Assembly (NCBI RefSeq): GCF_018977255.1
Contig: NW_024704742.1
Coordinates: 67,396,001-67,460,000 of the forward strand
Direction: 5' to 3'
Length of the DNA: 64,000 nucleotides
Source of the DNA: Callorhinchus milii
Lineage: Eukaryota
Part shown: piece after piece, positions 25,481 to 39,300 of the stretch
How the letters are laid out: every line of letters begins with the position of its first letter
Numbering within the stretch: position 1 is the stretch's first letter
Made by a program: the position numbers and the translations under genes
The notes under the pieces: generated by a model
Told to the model about the DNA's origin: nothing
The model's input: the letters and a program-made list of their open reading frames with translations, nothing else
Database searches by the model: none

Positions 25481-26399
25481 CCAAACTCCCCATAGCAAGC
25501 CTTGCATTTGGTACAACCCTTTTACACAAGGATGTCTCAAAGAGCTTCACAGAATATACTGTAACGTGTGGTGACTGGGTATTTTCTAGGTGAACGAGGT
25601 AGCCCATTTGCACACAGAAATGTCCCACAGATAGCCATGAAGTAAAGATTTAGCAAATTTATGCTTCACCCCCCAACCCCCACCAGATAATAGCCTAAAA
25701 AAATTATGTAACCAAACAACATTTTGTCAAAAAGACGCTCTATAGTACTGAAAAGCAAAGAGAAAACAGCTCACATCTTTCACAATTCAAGATGGCAGCA
25801 GAGCTCACTGGGAGAAACCAATGCCCCAGATGTGGGAGAGAAGATCAGACCCAGACAATCATTCTGTATTGGCGGGTTCCCTGCCTTGTGGCAGTTATCA
25901 GCTCAGCTAAATTATCTACGACTTTTGCTGCCGCTATATCCAGGATCCTGAACGACCCCTGTCATCAAGGAGTTAAATGAACCCGACCAGCTTGTACTCC
26001 TTCAATTGTTTGCAAGGCTAAAAGTCAGTATCTCTGGCTTTTCTCATGCTCGATGTCCTTCCAGCCTCCCTTTCATGTGTATCATTTTCTTTATAAATTC
26101 TTTACTCTGGCCAAATCTGCCTTCTTCCCTCCCCTATCCCCCCACTCTCCGTGTTTCCCTGCCACCAGTTCTTCATCCTCACTCCTGAACCATGCCCACC
26201 ACAGGCTTCTCCTCCCAGTGTCCTGTCATAATCAGATTGCCCACTCACTCTAATGCCCCCTCACCCTCCAACAGTCTGTGCAGCGGCTCCTGAGACATTG
26301 TGGTTCAGATGGGCTGCCACATTCGCCAATGTAAAAACACACTGTACTCAGTACAAGCCTGATATTTTATATATTTACTCATTGACTTAGGCCTTGTGA

Positions 26400-27940
26400 A
26401 TCAGATTGAGGTGAAGGTAACCCTCCCTCCCTCTCTCTTTCACGCCCCTCCCATCTTCAGCGATTTCAATGGAATTTTTCTCTCTTCCTGTTATCTCGGC
26501 TGATATTCCTTTTCCCCACTTCACCCCCATCCAAATCCCACCCCTACCCCAGCACAACAACTTGCATTTGCCCCAGGCTTCTCTTCTCCACTACCAATCG
26601 GCTACCCCATCCACCCTCACATGCCTTGCCCATCCTCTCCTCCAACTCCAACTGGCAGGAGATACTGGATTTCCTTGAGACCAAAATCGAGGGGATCCTT
26701 TCAGCCACTTCCGCCCTCCCAAACACCATCCCCATCTCTCCCACACACTTCAGCCCCTACCCATTCCCTTCCTCCACAACTTCGAACCTGTCTCTCCTCC
26801 TCTCTCACCACCACTATAACCCGCATGAAGCCCATCACCTGCTCCCTTGACCCTATCTCTACACCTCTCCTAACCTCCCAGCTCCACCTCCTCACCCCTT
26901 TACTCTCAGACATCGTCAACCTCTCCCTGTCAACTTGCACCATTCCCACCCCTCTAAAAACAGCTGTCATCACCCCCATTCTAAAAACCTTCTCTGGATC
27001 CATCTCTGCTCATTAACTATTGCCCCATTTCTAACCTCTCTTCCTTTCCAAGGTTCTTGAAAGAATGATTGCTTCCCAGTTTCACTTCTTCCTCTCCTGC
27101 CACTCCCTTTTAACCAATCGGGTTTCTGTGCTGCTCACAGCATGGAAACAGCCCTGGTCAAGGTGATAAATGACATTCTATGACCAGGGCTCCCACTGCC
27201 TCCTCATCCTCCTTGACCTTTCTGCTGCCTTTGACACTGTTGAGCACTCCATCCTCCTCCACCGCCTTTCCTGTCACCTCAACCTTCAAGGTTCTGTCCT
27301 CGATTGGTTCAGATTCTATTTCTCATACCAGCTCCACATTGTCTCCACAAATGGCTTCTACTCCAGCTCCCACACCATGTCGTGCGGCATTCCTCAGGGC
27401 CTTGTCCTTGGTCCCCTCCTCTTCAATATCTATATACTCCCGCTTGGTGATGTTATCCACAGACATGGGGTCAACTTCCACATGTATTCGGATGATACCC
27501 AACTCTACCTCTCTGCCTTCACCCTTGACTCCAGGGCCACTGCTGTCCTGAAAGAATGTCTGTCAGATATCAAGTCGTGGATGAGAGCTAACTTTCTACA
27601 GTTGAACATCAGCAAGACAGAGGCCCTCAGGTGAGGCCTTGTCCCCTCCTATCTTTCCAACCTGCTAACCCCTTATCAACCTGTCCGCTCCCTCCGCTCA
27701 GCAGGCTCTGGCATGCAATTTCACCTGCCCAACCTGGTTCACCATCAACAGTAGGGCCTTCAGCCTCTCTACTCCCTTCCTTGCCTCCTTCAAGGCACGC
27801 CTCTGGTCACCCTCCTACCCTCCCTGCCCTCCACCTTCCCTGATCCCAACTCCCCCCATCGGGTCCTAATCCGTGACTGTTCAGCACCTTGGGACGTCCT
27901 CCCGACGTGAAAGGCGCTTTACAAATGTAATTTTGTATTG
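26400..27940 (+). mobile_element. L2-clade LINE fragment (RT region, internal deletions, 3' tail)
   Basis: LDLSAAFDTVEH, GIPQGLVLGPLLF, YSDDTQLY and LQLNISKTE motifs; tail gacgtcctcccgacgtgaaaggcgctttacaaatgtaa. Confidence 0.9.
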
Positions 27941-28215
27941 TATTTATATAGCGCCCTTCACGCAGGTCAGTGTCTCAGAGCATTTAACAGTGGCAGAGTC
28001 TGAAGCCGAGCCGGGTGGAGGTGACTGTAAGCACAATCGAAGGATCTTTAGGCATGATCTGGAAATGGGGAAGAAGGGGTCAAGGCGGTAGAATTGAGGG
28101 AGAGAGTTACAGAGTTTCGGGGGTTAATCACTGAAAGAGCGGCCAATGATAGTGGAGCGGAGAGGACAAGGAATATGCAGGAGGCCAAAGCCAGCCGAGC
28201 GGAGGTGGCAGATGG
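27940..28215 (-). mobile_element. L2 3' fragment, tail-to-tail with the preceding L2
   Basis: Starts ttgtatttatatagcgccc (reverse complement of the L2 tail), followed by purine-rich sequence matching the ORF2 end/3'UTR. Confidence 0.75.
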
Positions 28216-28519
28216 TAGCAATATGCTGGTTAGCACGTGAAGCGCGCTTTTGGTTTTGTGTGTGTGTTTGTGCGTGTTTGTGTTGGGGGGGGACAAGAGG
28301 GGTATGGGCGTGGGGTGGGATTCTGTCAGGCACATTGCTGGCATGCACCCAACTCCCAAAGCAGGTGGTGTCCAGACTAAAGACGTGGCATTGTGCTGAC
28401 TGACGTATCTCTAATTTTAACTGTGTTTTTCAAAAAATAAAGTGGCATCTGTTACTTTCAAGTTGAACAAGGTTGTTTGGACCAGTTGTTTCCCTCCACG
28501 CACAACACCCCGCGCCCGC

Positions 28520-28880
28520 ACACCCATATTCACACACTCACACACACATGTATATTCATACCTTCACACACACAAACACACTTACAAACTCCCATACACA
28601 CATATGCGCTTTCACATACACACATACATTCATACACACCTGTTCATACACAACACTCACAAACTCTCTAACCTAACCATTCACGCCCCCCCCCAACACA
28701 CACACACATACATATGCGGACACACACACACATACATGCACCCACACACACACAGACATTCTTACACATACACACACAAAATCTCATTATTAACATATAT
28801 ACTGTATATATACACACAGTACATGCATACACACACACACGTGACAGAAACACACATATATACAATCGCCCACACACAGC
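28520..28880. repeat. Degenerate (CA)n microsatellite
   Basis: Directly visible. Confidence 0.92.
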
Positions 28881-29419
28881 TGGTTACATACAACTTTGAC
28901 TGATGGAGAAGGGCTTGCAGGTGACTGGGAGCCAAATGTAATCCAGCAGTTTTCTGCCAAACGTCAGGGATAGAGACAATAAACCCCCTTGCATGGGACG
29001 AGACTGAAAATTGCACAAACAAACGTTCTGACAAAAGCCAGCTCCTCCACCAGACCAGTTTGTCTTGCATAAAAAACACAGTCGACCTTTGAAGTTCAAG
29101 TAAACAATATTCTCTGAGGAAATCACATGCATTCCGGAGTACGATGGCCCCTTCTTTGTAACTTCTTGTTCACTGTTAGACAGTGTCAGCCTGGCTTAGT
29201 TAGCAGTGCGCTCACCTCTGAATCAGAACAGCAGTGCATCAGCTAAACAACAGTGAACCAGCTAACAGCAATGCATGAACTAACATCAATGTGTGCTACC
29301 CTGGGTGTTCAACAACAACTTTCATTTATACAGTGCCCTCTCCGCATGATAGTGTCTCAGAGCATATTCAAACACATCCAGGCACGTGCTCCTACTAGGG
29401 TCTCAGAAGGTGAAGGATC

Positions 29420-29835
29420 CATTTCCTCTTCAATACATTGATGCTATTTTGCTTGGACCACAGCTTCCAGTAGTAGGTCCCACATTCCCACCACCCTCTG
29501 TGTGAAAACGATTCTCCTCAACTCCCCACTAGATCTGCTACTGGCTGTGCTAAATTTATGACCTCTAGTTTGGACTCATCAGCAAGTGGCAAGAACCTGT
29601 TAACATCCAAGACCAGGCTTTCATGTTTATAGCATGTTCTATGACAGACACCAGTGGGTTAGACACAGGAAACCCTTTACCTGCACCATTATAGAATCAT
29701 AGAATTATAGAGCACAGGAAACGTCCATTCGGCCCATCGTGTCTATGCCGGATCCTATAAAAGAGCTATCCAAATCAATCCCACTCCCCTGCTCTCTCCC
29801 CATAGCCCTGCAAACTTGTCCTCCCCAAATTATTA
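29420..29835 (-). mobile_element. CR1 fragments (ORF2 end at 29420-29610; 3' end at 29690-29835)
   Basis: cccacattcccaccaccctctgtgtgaaaa (reversed FFTQRVVGMW); atagaatcatagaatt...ccattcggcccatc reversed CR1 3' end. Confidence 0.75.
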
Positions 29836-29859
29836 TACACTAATGCGTGTATACTCCCG

Positions 29860-30025
29860 TTACTGTATCCTGTTACACTGTGTAACTGTCTCTCTATCCT
29901 CTGTGACTCCCATTATACTGTGTGACTGTCTTTATACTCTGTGACTCTCTCTCTCTGTTACGCTCTGTAACTCTCTCTCTCTACCCTGTGACTTCCATTA
30001 TACTGTGTGTGACTGTCTCTCTTTA
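29860..30025. repeat. Degenerate tandem duplication (ctgtgtgactgtctct-type)
   Basis: ctgtgactYccattatactgtgtg occurs twice, about 85 bp apart. Confidence 0.7.
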
Positions 30026-30054
30026 TATACAAAAGGTATTCAGAAATAAACATA

Positions 30055-30260
30055 TAATAATCCCTTTAAAAAATTAATGTGGTCACTCAATCCATGACTG
30101 TTTGTGGGACACTGCTGTGCACAATTGGCTGCTGTGTTTCGCCCACAAAACACAGTCAATTCACTTTACGCTATATCCTGTGAAGCACTTTAAGACGTTT
30201 CGAAGATGTGATAAGGCGCTGTATCAAATGCAAGAATTATTATTATTATTGATTATTATT
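30055..30260 (+). mobile_element. SINE 3' half (CORE-like family)
   Basis: ggtcactcaatccatgactgtttgtgggacactgctgtgc through the tail. Confidence 0.85.
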
Positions 30261-31699
30261 ATGTCAAAAATCTCAGAGTGCCACACAGCAAAAACAGTGT
30301 TTGCATTCAATATGGCACTTAAACATCAAGACGACTCAATGAGTTTCACAGGGAATTGCTATAAAATGTGTTGCTTGTGTATCTGTAAGCAAACAATATG
30401 CCTGGCTGCTGTTTGTACTGTCTTGCTGGTAAAAAAATTAATGTGCTTTGTTTTCAGACTGGAGCAAATCACCTGCTGATATCACGATCCCGCTTTCAAT
30501 TCAAACAAGTGGATCTGAAAGAAAGTGTTGAATTGCTTGTTAACCTTTAATGGATACAGATGTCTAACATTGTATCTATTAGAAGTCCCTTGGTTTGAAT
30601 GTGTGGCTTGAATAGATACAATAAATTAAATTGATACAATTTGTATCTAGTTCCCACCATGATTGCATTCGGGTGTCAGCCTGGACTGTGAATTCAAAGT
30701 CCCGACGTGGGGCTTAGAACCCACAAACTTCTGACTCAAGAGGCGAGAGTGTTACCGACTGAGCCAGGCTGACACAGAGGAACAGATGCAGCCATAAAAG
30801 CACTCAACTTTTTCTTATTTTGTGCTGTGTTTCTGAACGTTAATCGGGTGGGAAATTTGTAGGTGAGGGCAAAGCATTAAAGACCTAATCAAAACCAGAT
30901 CCTTAACTTTTACTGTGTGGAGCGGGAACATTTCCACCCCTGTCCCAGTTGGACAAATAATACAAAACACAATACAATACAAAATTACATTTGTAAAAGC
31001 GCCTTTCACATCGGGAGGACATCTCAAGGCGCTGGGCAGCCAGGGATTTGGACCCAAGCCTGCGAGGGCCTGGGGGAGATACAATTCAACCAGAAACCTA
31101 GGGGAGATTTGTTTCTAGCGCTTTTACTCTGTGGGTGCGTTGTTTACGTTCCTCTTCTGGCTTGAACCAGACGATCGGCTTCCTGTGCTGAAACCAAACG
31201 GCTGACTTATGGTCATCAGGTGCCAATGACATCACTTCAATTTACACGCGCAGGACGCACCAATGGTGCCACCTGAGCAGCACTTTATGTACATGCGCAG
31301 CACAAGGGACGGCAGCTCAGCGGGGACCTGATAACACAGAAATCGGCCATTTTTTAATGTTGCTTTTTAACGTCTGAGATTAATGGACTCAGACAAAAGT
31401 GTTTTGGGGGCTGTACCCTGTACCCTGCCTGGGGATCCCACATGAAGAAGAGCAGTTCTTGGGGTAGGTGACCAGTTCTCTGAACCATAGCTTAACCATT
31501 GGGCAATAGCCGAGGCGGGAACGGAACGCAGAGAGATTTTAACTACAAAAAAACTTCTTAAGCGGTGCCATCTTAAGTGGCACAGCGTCCGCTACATATG
31601 AAATGCTTTGATTTCCTCTTGAGGTGAAAGGCGCTTATATCTAATTCAACGATCATTCTTTTTGTTAGGAATTGTTATCCTCCCAATGTGAAAGATACT

Positions 31700-32050
31700 G
31701 AGTCCTGTAGCATAGTGGTTAGTGTGCTTGCCTCACAAGAGGAGCCGGGTTTCATTCCCCGGCAAGGCGAAACCTTAAACAAGTTTCCTTACTTCACACG
31801 CCTCAGTTTACCTAGCAGTAAGTAGGAACCTGGTTGCTAGGCAATTGGCAGATCGTTTTCTGGGGGTCACAATCCCTCAAAAAAACATTTGGTCACTCAA
31901 TCCATGACTGTTTGTGGGACACTGCTGTGCGAATTTGGCTGTCGGTTACACCAACAAAATATACAGTCAATCCACTTTGCAATACATTAAGTGCTTTGAG
32001 ACATCTCAGGAACATGGTAAGGCACTATATTAGTTTTATTATTATATTAA
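31700..32050 (+). mobile_element. Full-length tRNA-Ala/CORE-like SINE
   Basis: gagtcctgtagcatagtggttag (A box), B-box remnant, caagtttccttacttcacacgcctcagtttacctagcagtaagtagg. Confidence 0.88.
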
Positions 32051-32507
32051 GTAAATGGTAATCATTGCTGATGCTGAGAAATTCTAAATGAATTTAAAGG
32101 GATTTTACAAACAGAGGCAGGTTGGACCTTTGTAGACTAGGAATCATCTCTGTGGCTCTTGGGCTTGGGTTCAGCACAGCGGTATCCCTCTCTCTCCCTC
32201 TCTCTCTCGCCCCTGTTGCTCTAGTTCCTTTGTGCTGTTATTCACTGACATAAGAGACTGTGCACAATTAAGTGTTTGTTCTCTAATGTGGATTTTTTTT
32301 GTGATCGCTTGGAGAGAAAGATTAATGCCGGTGATTAAACTATTTTAGGCTGTCATTACGCACTGAACATACTATATATAAAAATGAAAGAGCGGCTGTA
32401 AATTAGCCCTGCATCTGACAGAAACGCACCTGATAGTTATGTGAATGTGTCCAGGGATGTTCCATATCCTGAAGCAAGTAAGTTGTCCACACTCTACATC
32501 ACAGTGC

Positions 32508-33010
32508 AAACCAGCACAGCACCAACACAATACAGACTAACACAGCGCAGCACCAACCAACACAGCACAGCACCAACCAACACAGCACAGCACCAACCAA
32601 CACAGCACCGACCAACCAACACAGTACAGACCAACACAGCACCAACCAACACAGCACAGACTAACATAGCACAGCACCGACCAACACAGCACAGCACCAA
32701 CCAACACAGCACAGCACCAACCAACATCACAGCACCAACCAACAAACACAGCACCAACCAACAAAGCACCTACCAACACAGCACCAACCAACCAACACAG
32801 TACAGACCAACACAGCACAGCACCAACCAACACAGCACCGACTAACACAGCACCAACCAATACAGCACAGCCCCGACCAACACAGCCCTGACTAGAACAG
32901 CACAAAGACCAACACAGCACCAACTAACACAGCACCGACCATCACAGCAAAGCACCGAGCAGCACAGCTTAGCACAGCACAGACCAACACAGCCCTGACC
33001 AGCACAGCAA
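32508..33010. repeat. Complex simple repeat built of ACAGC and ACCA units
   Basis: Repeating acacagcacagcaccaacca. Confidence 0.93.
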
Positions 33011-33189
33011 GGAAGGCTATAAAATGAGGAGGTAGGGACATTATTAGTGGGGTCGGAGGTTCAATACAGCCTAATGAGAACTAAACCCTTGAATTATATT
33101 CCTCAGCTCATTGCTCACACCTACATTCCAACCATTGGTGGCCGAGCTCTCAGTCATACCACTGCTTGCCAGAATTCTTCCCGCAGTGG

Positions 33190-33845
33190 GATCTGAAAAA
33201 AAAGACGGGAGTTTCTTTCGGTATCCTAGCCAACAATCTCCCTGATAAAAATTGTTCATTCCCTTTATGGCTATTTGGGGCAAATTAGCTCACGTGTTGG
33301 GCGACAAAACAAAGTCACTACACTTTATATTAAATTCTGGTGGAGCACTTTGAGATGCTTCGATGATGTGATAAGGTGATGTATCAAATGCGAGCCTCAT
33401 CATTATTATCGTAAATTTTATCTCTAGTCAACATCCTTAAACTCCCCTGACTTGGCTCCCTGCTCAGTGATCCCAATCATTGTTGTGAACCTCTTCAATT
33501 CAAATCCCGGCTAGGTAAAGGCACTGTATAAGCACAAATTGTCGAAATGTGTTGCTACAAATAAACTTCAATTGTTATTGAAGCAAACTGCTCAAGATAA
33601 TAATAATAATAACTCTTACATCTGGCATCACACTTTCACGTCAGAAGGACATCTTAAAGAGATTACAGAATACAATGTAAATTGTATGGTAAATGAATGC
33701 AGCAGCCAATTTGTGCACAAGTAGCCATGATGTGAAGGACCAATTTTACTTGGGGCATTGTTGACCAGGATACCGGGAGAGAGAAACTCCTTTTTCTTTT
33801 CGAATAGTGCCACGGGATCTTCAACGTCTACCTGAACAGGCACAG
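33190..33845. mobile_element. Two SINE 3' halves in convergent orientation (plus 33190-33410, minus 33598-33845)
   Basis: Deu 3' core and tails in both copies. Confidence 0.78.
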
Positions 33846-35426
33846 ACTTGGTTCAGTGCTTAAGATGGGTTCTGTAAGTCACAAAGCACAGAACCATTCA
33901 TCCTTTAAGGCTGCTTAATGGAGCTGGAGTGGAGGCTCTTGGCTCGCAATGCCAGACGAGTCAAAGTATAGAAGCAAACAGCAGTGATCTGAGGAATGTC
34001 CTTGACTGCTCAGTGAAATCTATACTGGGAAGAGACAAGGCCATCAGACAAGTAGAGTTACGGTTAACCTTCAACCCTCTACTCACTGCGCTATTATTGT
34101 GGAAAATTCTATGGTTTATTTTTGAGAAGCAATAAATATAGTTATAGCCTCCTACAGTGAAAGCCCGTTATAAAGCAGTGGTTGGGAGAGGGGAGTACAG
34201 CAAATTCCCAACCAGCATTACAACGGGGTGTAATCACCAGTCAGAGCTTCCACAACCCAACGGTGCACAAGAAGTGATGACCTGATGGCACGGAATTCAG
34301 TCATTTTATAAGGCACGGGAAGCCAGTACTACTAATATAATATTCGCTCCATTTGATAAAGCGCCTTAGCATGTGGTTGAGACGTGTATTTTGTGGGCAC
34401 AATATCTTGCTCTTAAAGGCTGGGACTTAAATAAAAGCAACCCTAATCTAACGCCCCTCTCTCCTGAGGCTATGATAGGAGGGTGTAGAGTGGGTGTTCT
34501 GGAAGGATGAGATCAGATTGGGCAAAGGGCCTGCTTCATCCAAACCGATCTTGTGATATGACGACAACAGCTGGGGGCCAGGTGCTGTGATCTACAGCAA
34601 TAGATGATCATGCTTGAAGCCACATCCTGACTCGAATGTCCATAAAAAAACTGATAGTAAAGCAATTGCAAAGCTGTATAATGTCAGTCTGCAAACTGTG
34701 ACCTTGAGCTTAATATTTAACCCTTTTAGTGCTTTTATCTCAGGCCTGGTTTCTGGGTGCCACATTTCCAATTTGGAAATAGGTTACTGATTGCAACTGA
34801 AAATTATGAAACACGTTGAAGTTTTAACAAGGGTACAAACTACTGAATGGATTATTTGATGGACAGTGTTTTGATTATTTAGAGGCGCTAACCACTATGC
34901 TACAGGACTCCATCTTAAACGGAGGTTCCCTCTGCCTGTTCAGGTGTCCTGGTCAACAATACCCTCTTCCCCTTAGGTAAACAAAATTGATCTTTCACTT
35001 CATGGCTGTTTGTGGTACGATCTTGTGTGTATATTGGCAGCTGCATTCTCCTACAGAAAGCACAGTTACTAGGCATTACAGTAAAGTCCTGTGAAAAGTT
35101 GTTGAAAATACTTCAAAATTAATCATTAAAATTTGTCAACAAAAAGTATTTGTTCAGTGGTCGGGACGTGTTGAGAATCGACTGAGGTAGCAGGAGGGTT
35201 GCTCTGCGTAGTCGTTAGGCATTGTGTTTTCTGGCTTCACACTCGCACCAGATGTAGGAAATTCCAGAACCAGTTAATGTTTTGATTATTGTTGACAAGT
35301 GTCGACAAATCTCTCGATAGCGCAGAACTAATCGAAAAGTAAACCCAGAACAATGCTCTCAGATAAGTTGAGGCAGCACAGCAAAGAGGGCAAAGGTTCA
35401 GAGTTGCGAGAGGCAGATTTTAGGTG

Positions 35427-35873
35427 TGTCAGCCTGGCGTAGTGGTAGCGCTCTTCCCTCTTAGTCAGAAGGTTGTGGATTTAACTCCTACGTCCGGACG
35501 TGGAATCACACAGTCTAAGCTGACACAACAATGAAGTATGCAGTGGGGGTGTGTTGCATTATCTGAGGTGCCGTCCTTCAGACCTGATGTTAAACCAAGC
35601 TCCCGTCTGTCTGCTCAGGTGGACGTTAAAGATCTTATGGCAATATTCAAAAAGAGAAGGCAGTTTTTCTCCCGGTGTCCTGGTCAACAAATCCCCAAAA
35701 TAAAATCGGTAACTCATTCCATAGCTGTTTGTGGGACGTTGATGTGGGCAACTGGCTGCCACATTTGTTTCACAAAATACACAGTCAATCCATTTTACAG
35801 TGTATCCTGTGAAGCCCTTTGAGACTTTTTGATGATGTGAAAGGTGCTATATCAAATGCAAGGATTATTATTT
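35427..35873 (+). mobile_element. Full-length Deu-SINE
   Basis: tgtcagcctggcgtagtggtagcgctc...gaggtgccgtccttcagacctgatgttaaacc...aatgcaaggattatta. Confidence 0.92.
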
Positions 35874-36159
35874 AGGCTGCTGATGAGGAAGCTAGTATCA
35901 ATGGATCTATTACCTTTAAGTTCTGCTCCTAGGCAGCTTCTTTCCAATCTCCTAAACTGCTGACACTGGTCACAGAACTGACTGGGCTATTTGTAAATTC
36001 CTGCAATTTCCTTCCTCCGATCGGGTTTCAATTTTATTTCAATGACGTATTTGCTGGAGTGCCTGACTGTATCGAAAACCTAGCGCTCACTGTGGGCTAG
36101 ATTACAGCTTCAGAGCTAAGTTGTGGGGTAGAAGCATTGGAGAGAAAAAGAAAGCCATC

Positions 36160-36390
36160 CACATGCACACATCCACACATACAAACATACACACATGCAT
36201 ACACATATACACACACACAAACATACATACACAGACACACGCACACACATACATATACACACAGATACATATACATACACATACACACACACACACACAC
36301 AAATATACATATACGTACTCACACAAATACATACACACACAGATGCATACAGAGACACATACACACACACACAAACATATACACACACAC
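36160..36390. repeat. (CA)/(CATA)n microsatellite
   Basis: Directly visible. Confidence 0.95.
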
Positions 36391-37625
36391 TCCCATTCTT
36401 GTATTTTTCCACTTCTGTAATGCAATCCCTTTCAGGCTCCCACTAACCACTTCCCATTGTGGTTCAGAGACAGGAATAGAATGGAACCACAGTTTCCAGC
36501 AATAATACCTTACGCGTAAGTGGGAGAGATTTTTAAGACTGTGATTGACGTTTTCTTTTCTTAAAACATAAAAGGTTTCAGATGTGAAGGGGTCTAACGT
36601 TGCTAATCACGGGTGGGTGGGGCCAGGTTTGGGGGAACAGAATGGAGAGGGAGGGCGAGGGGAGGGGACAGGAAGATCAGGAAACATTTCACATCTCCTC
36701 CTCCGCTCGGGTTATGTGTGCCCCACAGCTATGGGATGGAGGCTACTAGTGCCAGAAGGACATTGGCCGTGTGTACATGTGGACATTCCCCTCAAAATAC
36801 ACTTGGACACAACACTTTATAGTAAAATCCTGTGAAGTGCTTTGAAACGGCTCAATGGCGTGATAAAGAGCTATATCAAAAGCAGGGATTATGATCATTA
36901 TTATTATTATATTGCCCCCACCGAGAGCATGTTCCTCAATTCCTAATATCTCCATCACCACCTTTGGTACATTTTGACCAAGGTTTAACCTCTGCTGAAC
37001 AGGTGGATTTAAGAATAGAACACCTTGGAATGTGGGCAGATATCTGACTGTCAGCTTGGCTTAGTCCAGTTGGTAGGACTCTTGCATCTGGGTCAGAAGG
37101 TTGTGAGTTCAAGTCCCGTGTCAGGATCTCAAGGTCTTGGCTGGTTTTCATTCTAAAAATCTTCATTTCAAATAGCTCCAGGTCCTTCCCGCTGCCACTA
37201 CCCCTTCAATCGCCGCCAACCACACTTTCCGACCCAATCCCAGCATTTCACATGAAAGACAGGAGATGGACGTGCCTCATTCCTGCTCTCTGCAACTTCC
37301 AGTCAAGAGCTCTCCCTCTTATTAATAATAATTCTTGCATTAGATATAGGCTTTATTACATTGATGAGGTGTCTTAAAGCGCTTCAGAAGATCCACTCTA
37401 AAGTGTAGTGACTGGGTGTTTTGCAGATGAACGCAGCAATCAATTTGCGGTGCACAGCAAAGTCCCACCATAATCCATGGAGTGAATGGTTAATTCTCGT
37501 TTCTAAATCCCTTGATTCTAAAAACGTATTTCCTTGCTTAGCTCCCCCTATCCTCTCTATTTCTGACCCTGCACTCCATCTCTGTAAGGCGCCTTGTGAC
37601 CTCAATTTAGATGTGAGTGCAAGTG

Positions 37626-37925
37626 TGTCAGCCTGGTGCATTCTTGCCTTGAGACATTCAGAAGCACGTTAAAGATCCGATGACACTATTCGAAAAGAGA
37701 AAGGAGTTTCTCCTGGTGTCCTGGCCAATAATCCTCCAACAAAATTGGTCAGTCACTCCATGGCTGTTTGGGGGACGTTGCTATGTGCACAAACTGTCTG
37801 CACATTACGCCTAGAAAATTAAAGTCAATTAACTAATTTTACAGTATATTCTGTAAAGCTATTTGAGACGTCTCAAGGACGTGATAAGGCGCTTTATCAA
37901 ATGCAAGGATTATTATCATTGTTAT
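37626..37925 (+). mobile_element. Deu-SINE with an internal deletion
   Basis: Head remnant, then gttaaagatccgatgacactattcgaaaagag through the tail. Confidence 0.82.
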
Positions 37926-37939
37926 TCTAAGTTGTTTCT

Positions 37940-38140
37940 AGCTAAAGAGTAGGAGTGGGAACTCTTGCTGATTCCTTCCCCCCTCCCTTGAATCTTGAAG
38001 CACTGCACTCCCTCCCCCTCTCTCCCCCACTACTGACCTACATGAAATTAGTCAACTCAGCAGAGACCAGAGTTTGAACCTGGGTACTTCCTGTTCTATA
38101 TGGTTCATTGCCACATCATACAATGTGGTTACCCACTGGA
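37940..38140 (-). mobile_element. LF-SINE-like ancient SINE, 5' half
   Basis: Reverse strand reads cagtgggtaa...gaaccatatagaacaggaagtacccaggttcaaactctggtctctgctgagttgactaattt...gggagggggaaggaatcagcaagagttcccactcct, resembling the LF-SINE consensus as I recall it. Confidence 0.7.
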
Positions 38141-38874
38141 GTGAAGGGGGGAAAAGCGGACGGAGTTAGGGGGAGACTGGGAGGTGGTAGGGAAATGGAA
38201 ATGCCATTAATAAAAAGCCAGGCCAAGCCAAATGACTCTTCGATTTGTTTTGGGAGAGAGAGTCTGTCTGATGTATTTGGGAATTTGACCTGAACACTCA
38301 ATGATAACTATTGGATCACAAGGTAGATAATAACTGTGCACTGCTGAAAAAACATTACTCATTCCCATTCTATTCCCACAAAGAACATATTTGTGCTGTG
38401 GGAGTGTTGCTGCGCAATAATGGACCCTGGGAGGATTCTCGGGGTGGACTGAAGGGTCCACGTCTTCAGTCTCTACCCGACGGCATTATAAATTAAATGC
38501 TACCGCGAGTTATTACAATTGCATTCACAGAAACAATAATTCAAGGCACTGTTCCCAATCCCCATGTGTAATGTGTATCAGATTACAGGACAATGAGTTA
38601 AGAAGTCGCAGTTAATGGCTTGTGGCTTGGGTCTGTCTATGCACAGTTTCTACTGAAGGATCATGGCTTCTTGTGTGACAGACATGCCTTGTTTTCAAGC
38701 CTTGTTGCCTAACTCCTCTTCTCCACTCCCCTCATTTTTGGGACACTGCTGTGCGCAATTGGCTGCCACATTTCGCCCACAAAATATACGGTCAATTCAT
38801 TTTACAGTAAGTGCTTTGAGATGAGTCAACAACGTGATAAGGAGCTATATCAAATGCAAGAATTATTGTTATTA

Positions 38875-39300
38875 CTTTCTCTCTTCTCTTTCTTCCTCTC
38901 CATCTTCCCTTTTCCCCTTCGCCCCCTTTTTTCCCTCTCCCATTCCTCTCCTTCCTTTTCCCTTCTCCTCCTCTCCCCTGCTCCTTCTTTTTCCCTTCTT
39001 CCCTGTTTCCTTTCTCTCTTCCTTCCCTCTCTCACCTTTTTGTGTTTCCCTCTCTATCTTCTCTCATTTCACCCACAAGATATACTGTCACTCCCATTTC
39101 ACAGCATATCCTATGAAGCACTTTGAGACGTCTCAACGACGCAATAAGGCACTATATCAAATGCAATGATTATTATTATTTCTCTTCTCTCCTCCACTTT
39201 TTCCTCCAGGCTACCTACTTCCCTTCTCTTCCCTCTCCTCTTTTTCCCCCTCCTCTCCCTCTCTCTCCTATCCTTCTCCTTCTTCTGCCCCTCCTCTCAA
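38875..39300. repeat. Polypyrimidine low-complexity tracts interrupted by a SINE tail
   Basis: CT-rich sequence at 38875-39060 and 39180-39300. Confidence 0.85.

Noticed and set aside
35130..35300. Short inverted repeat ttgtcaacaa...ttgttgacaa
   Set aside because: Only about 10-11 bp; not distinguishable from chance without a second copy.
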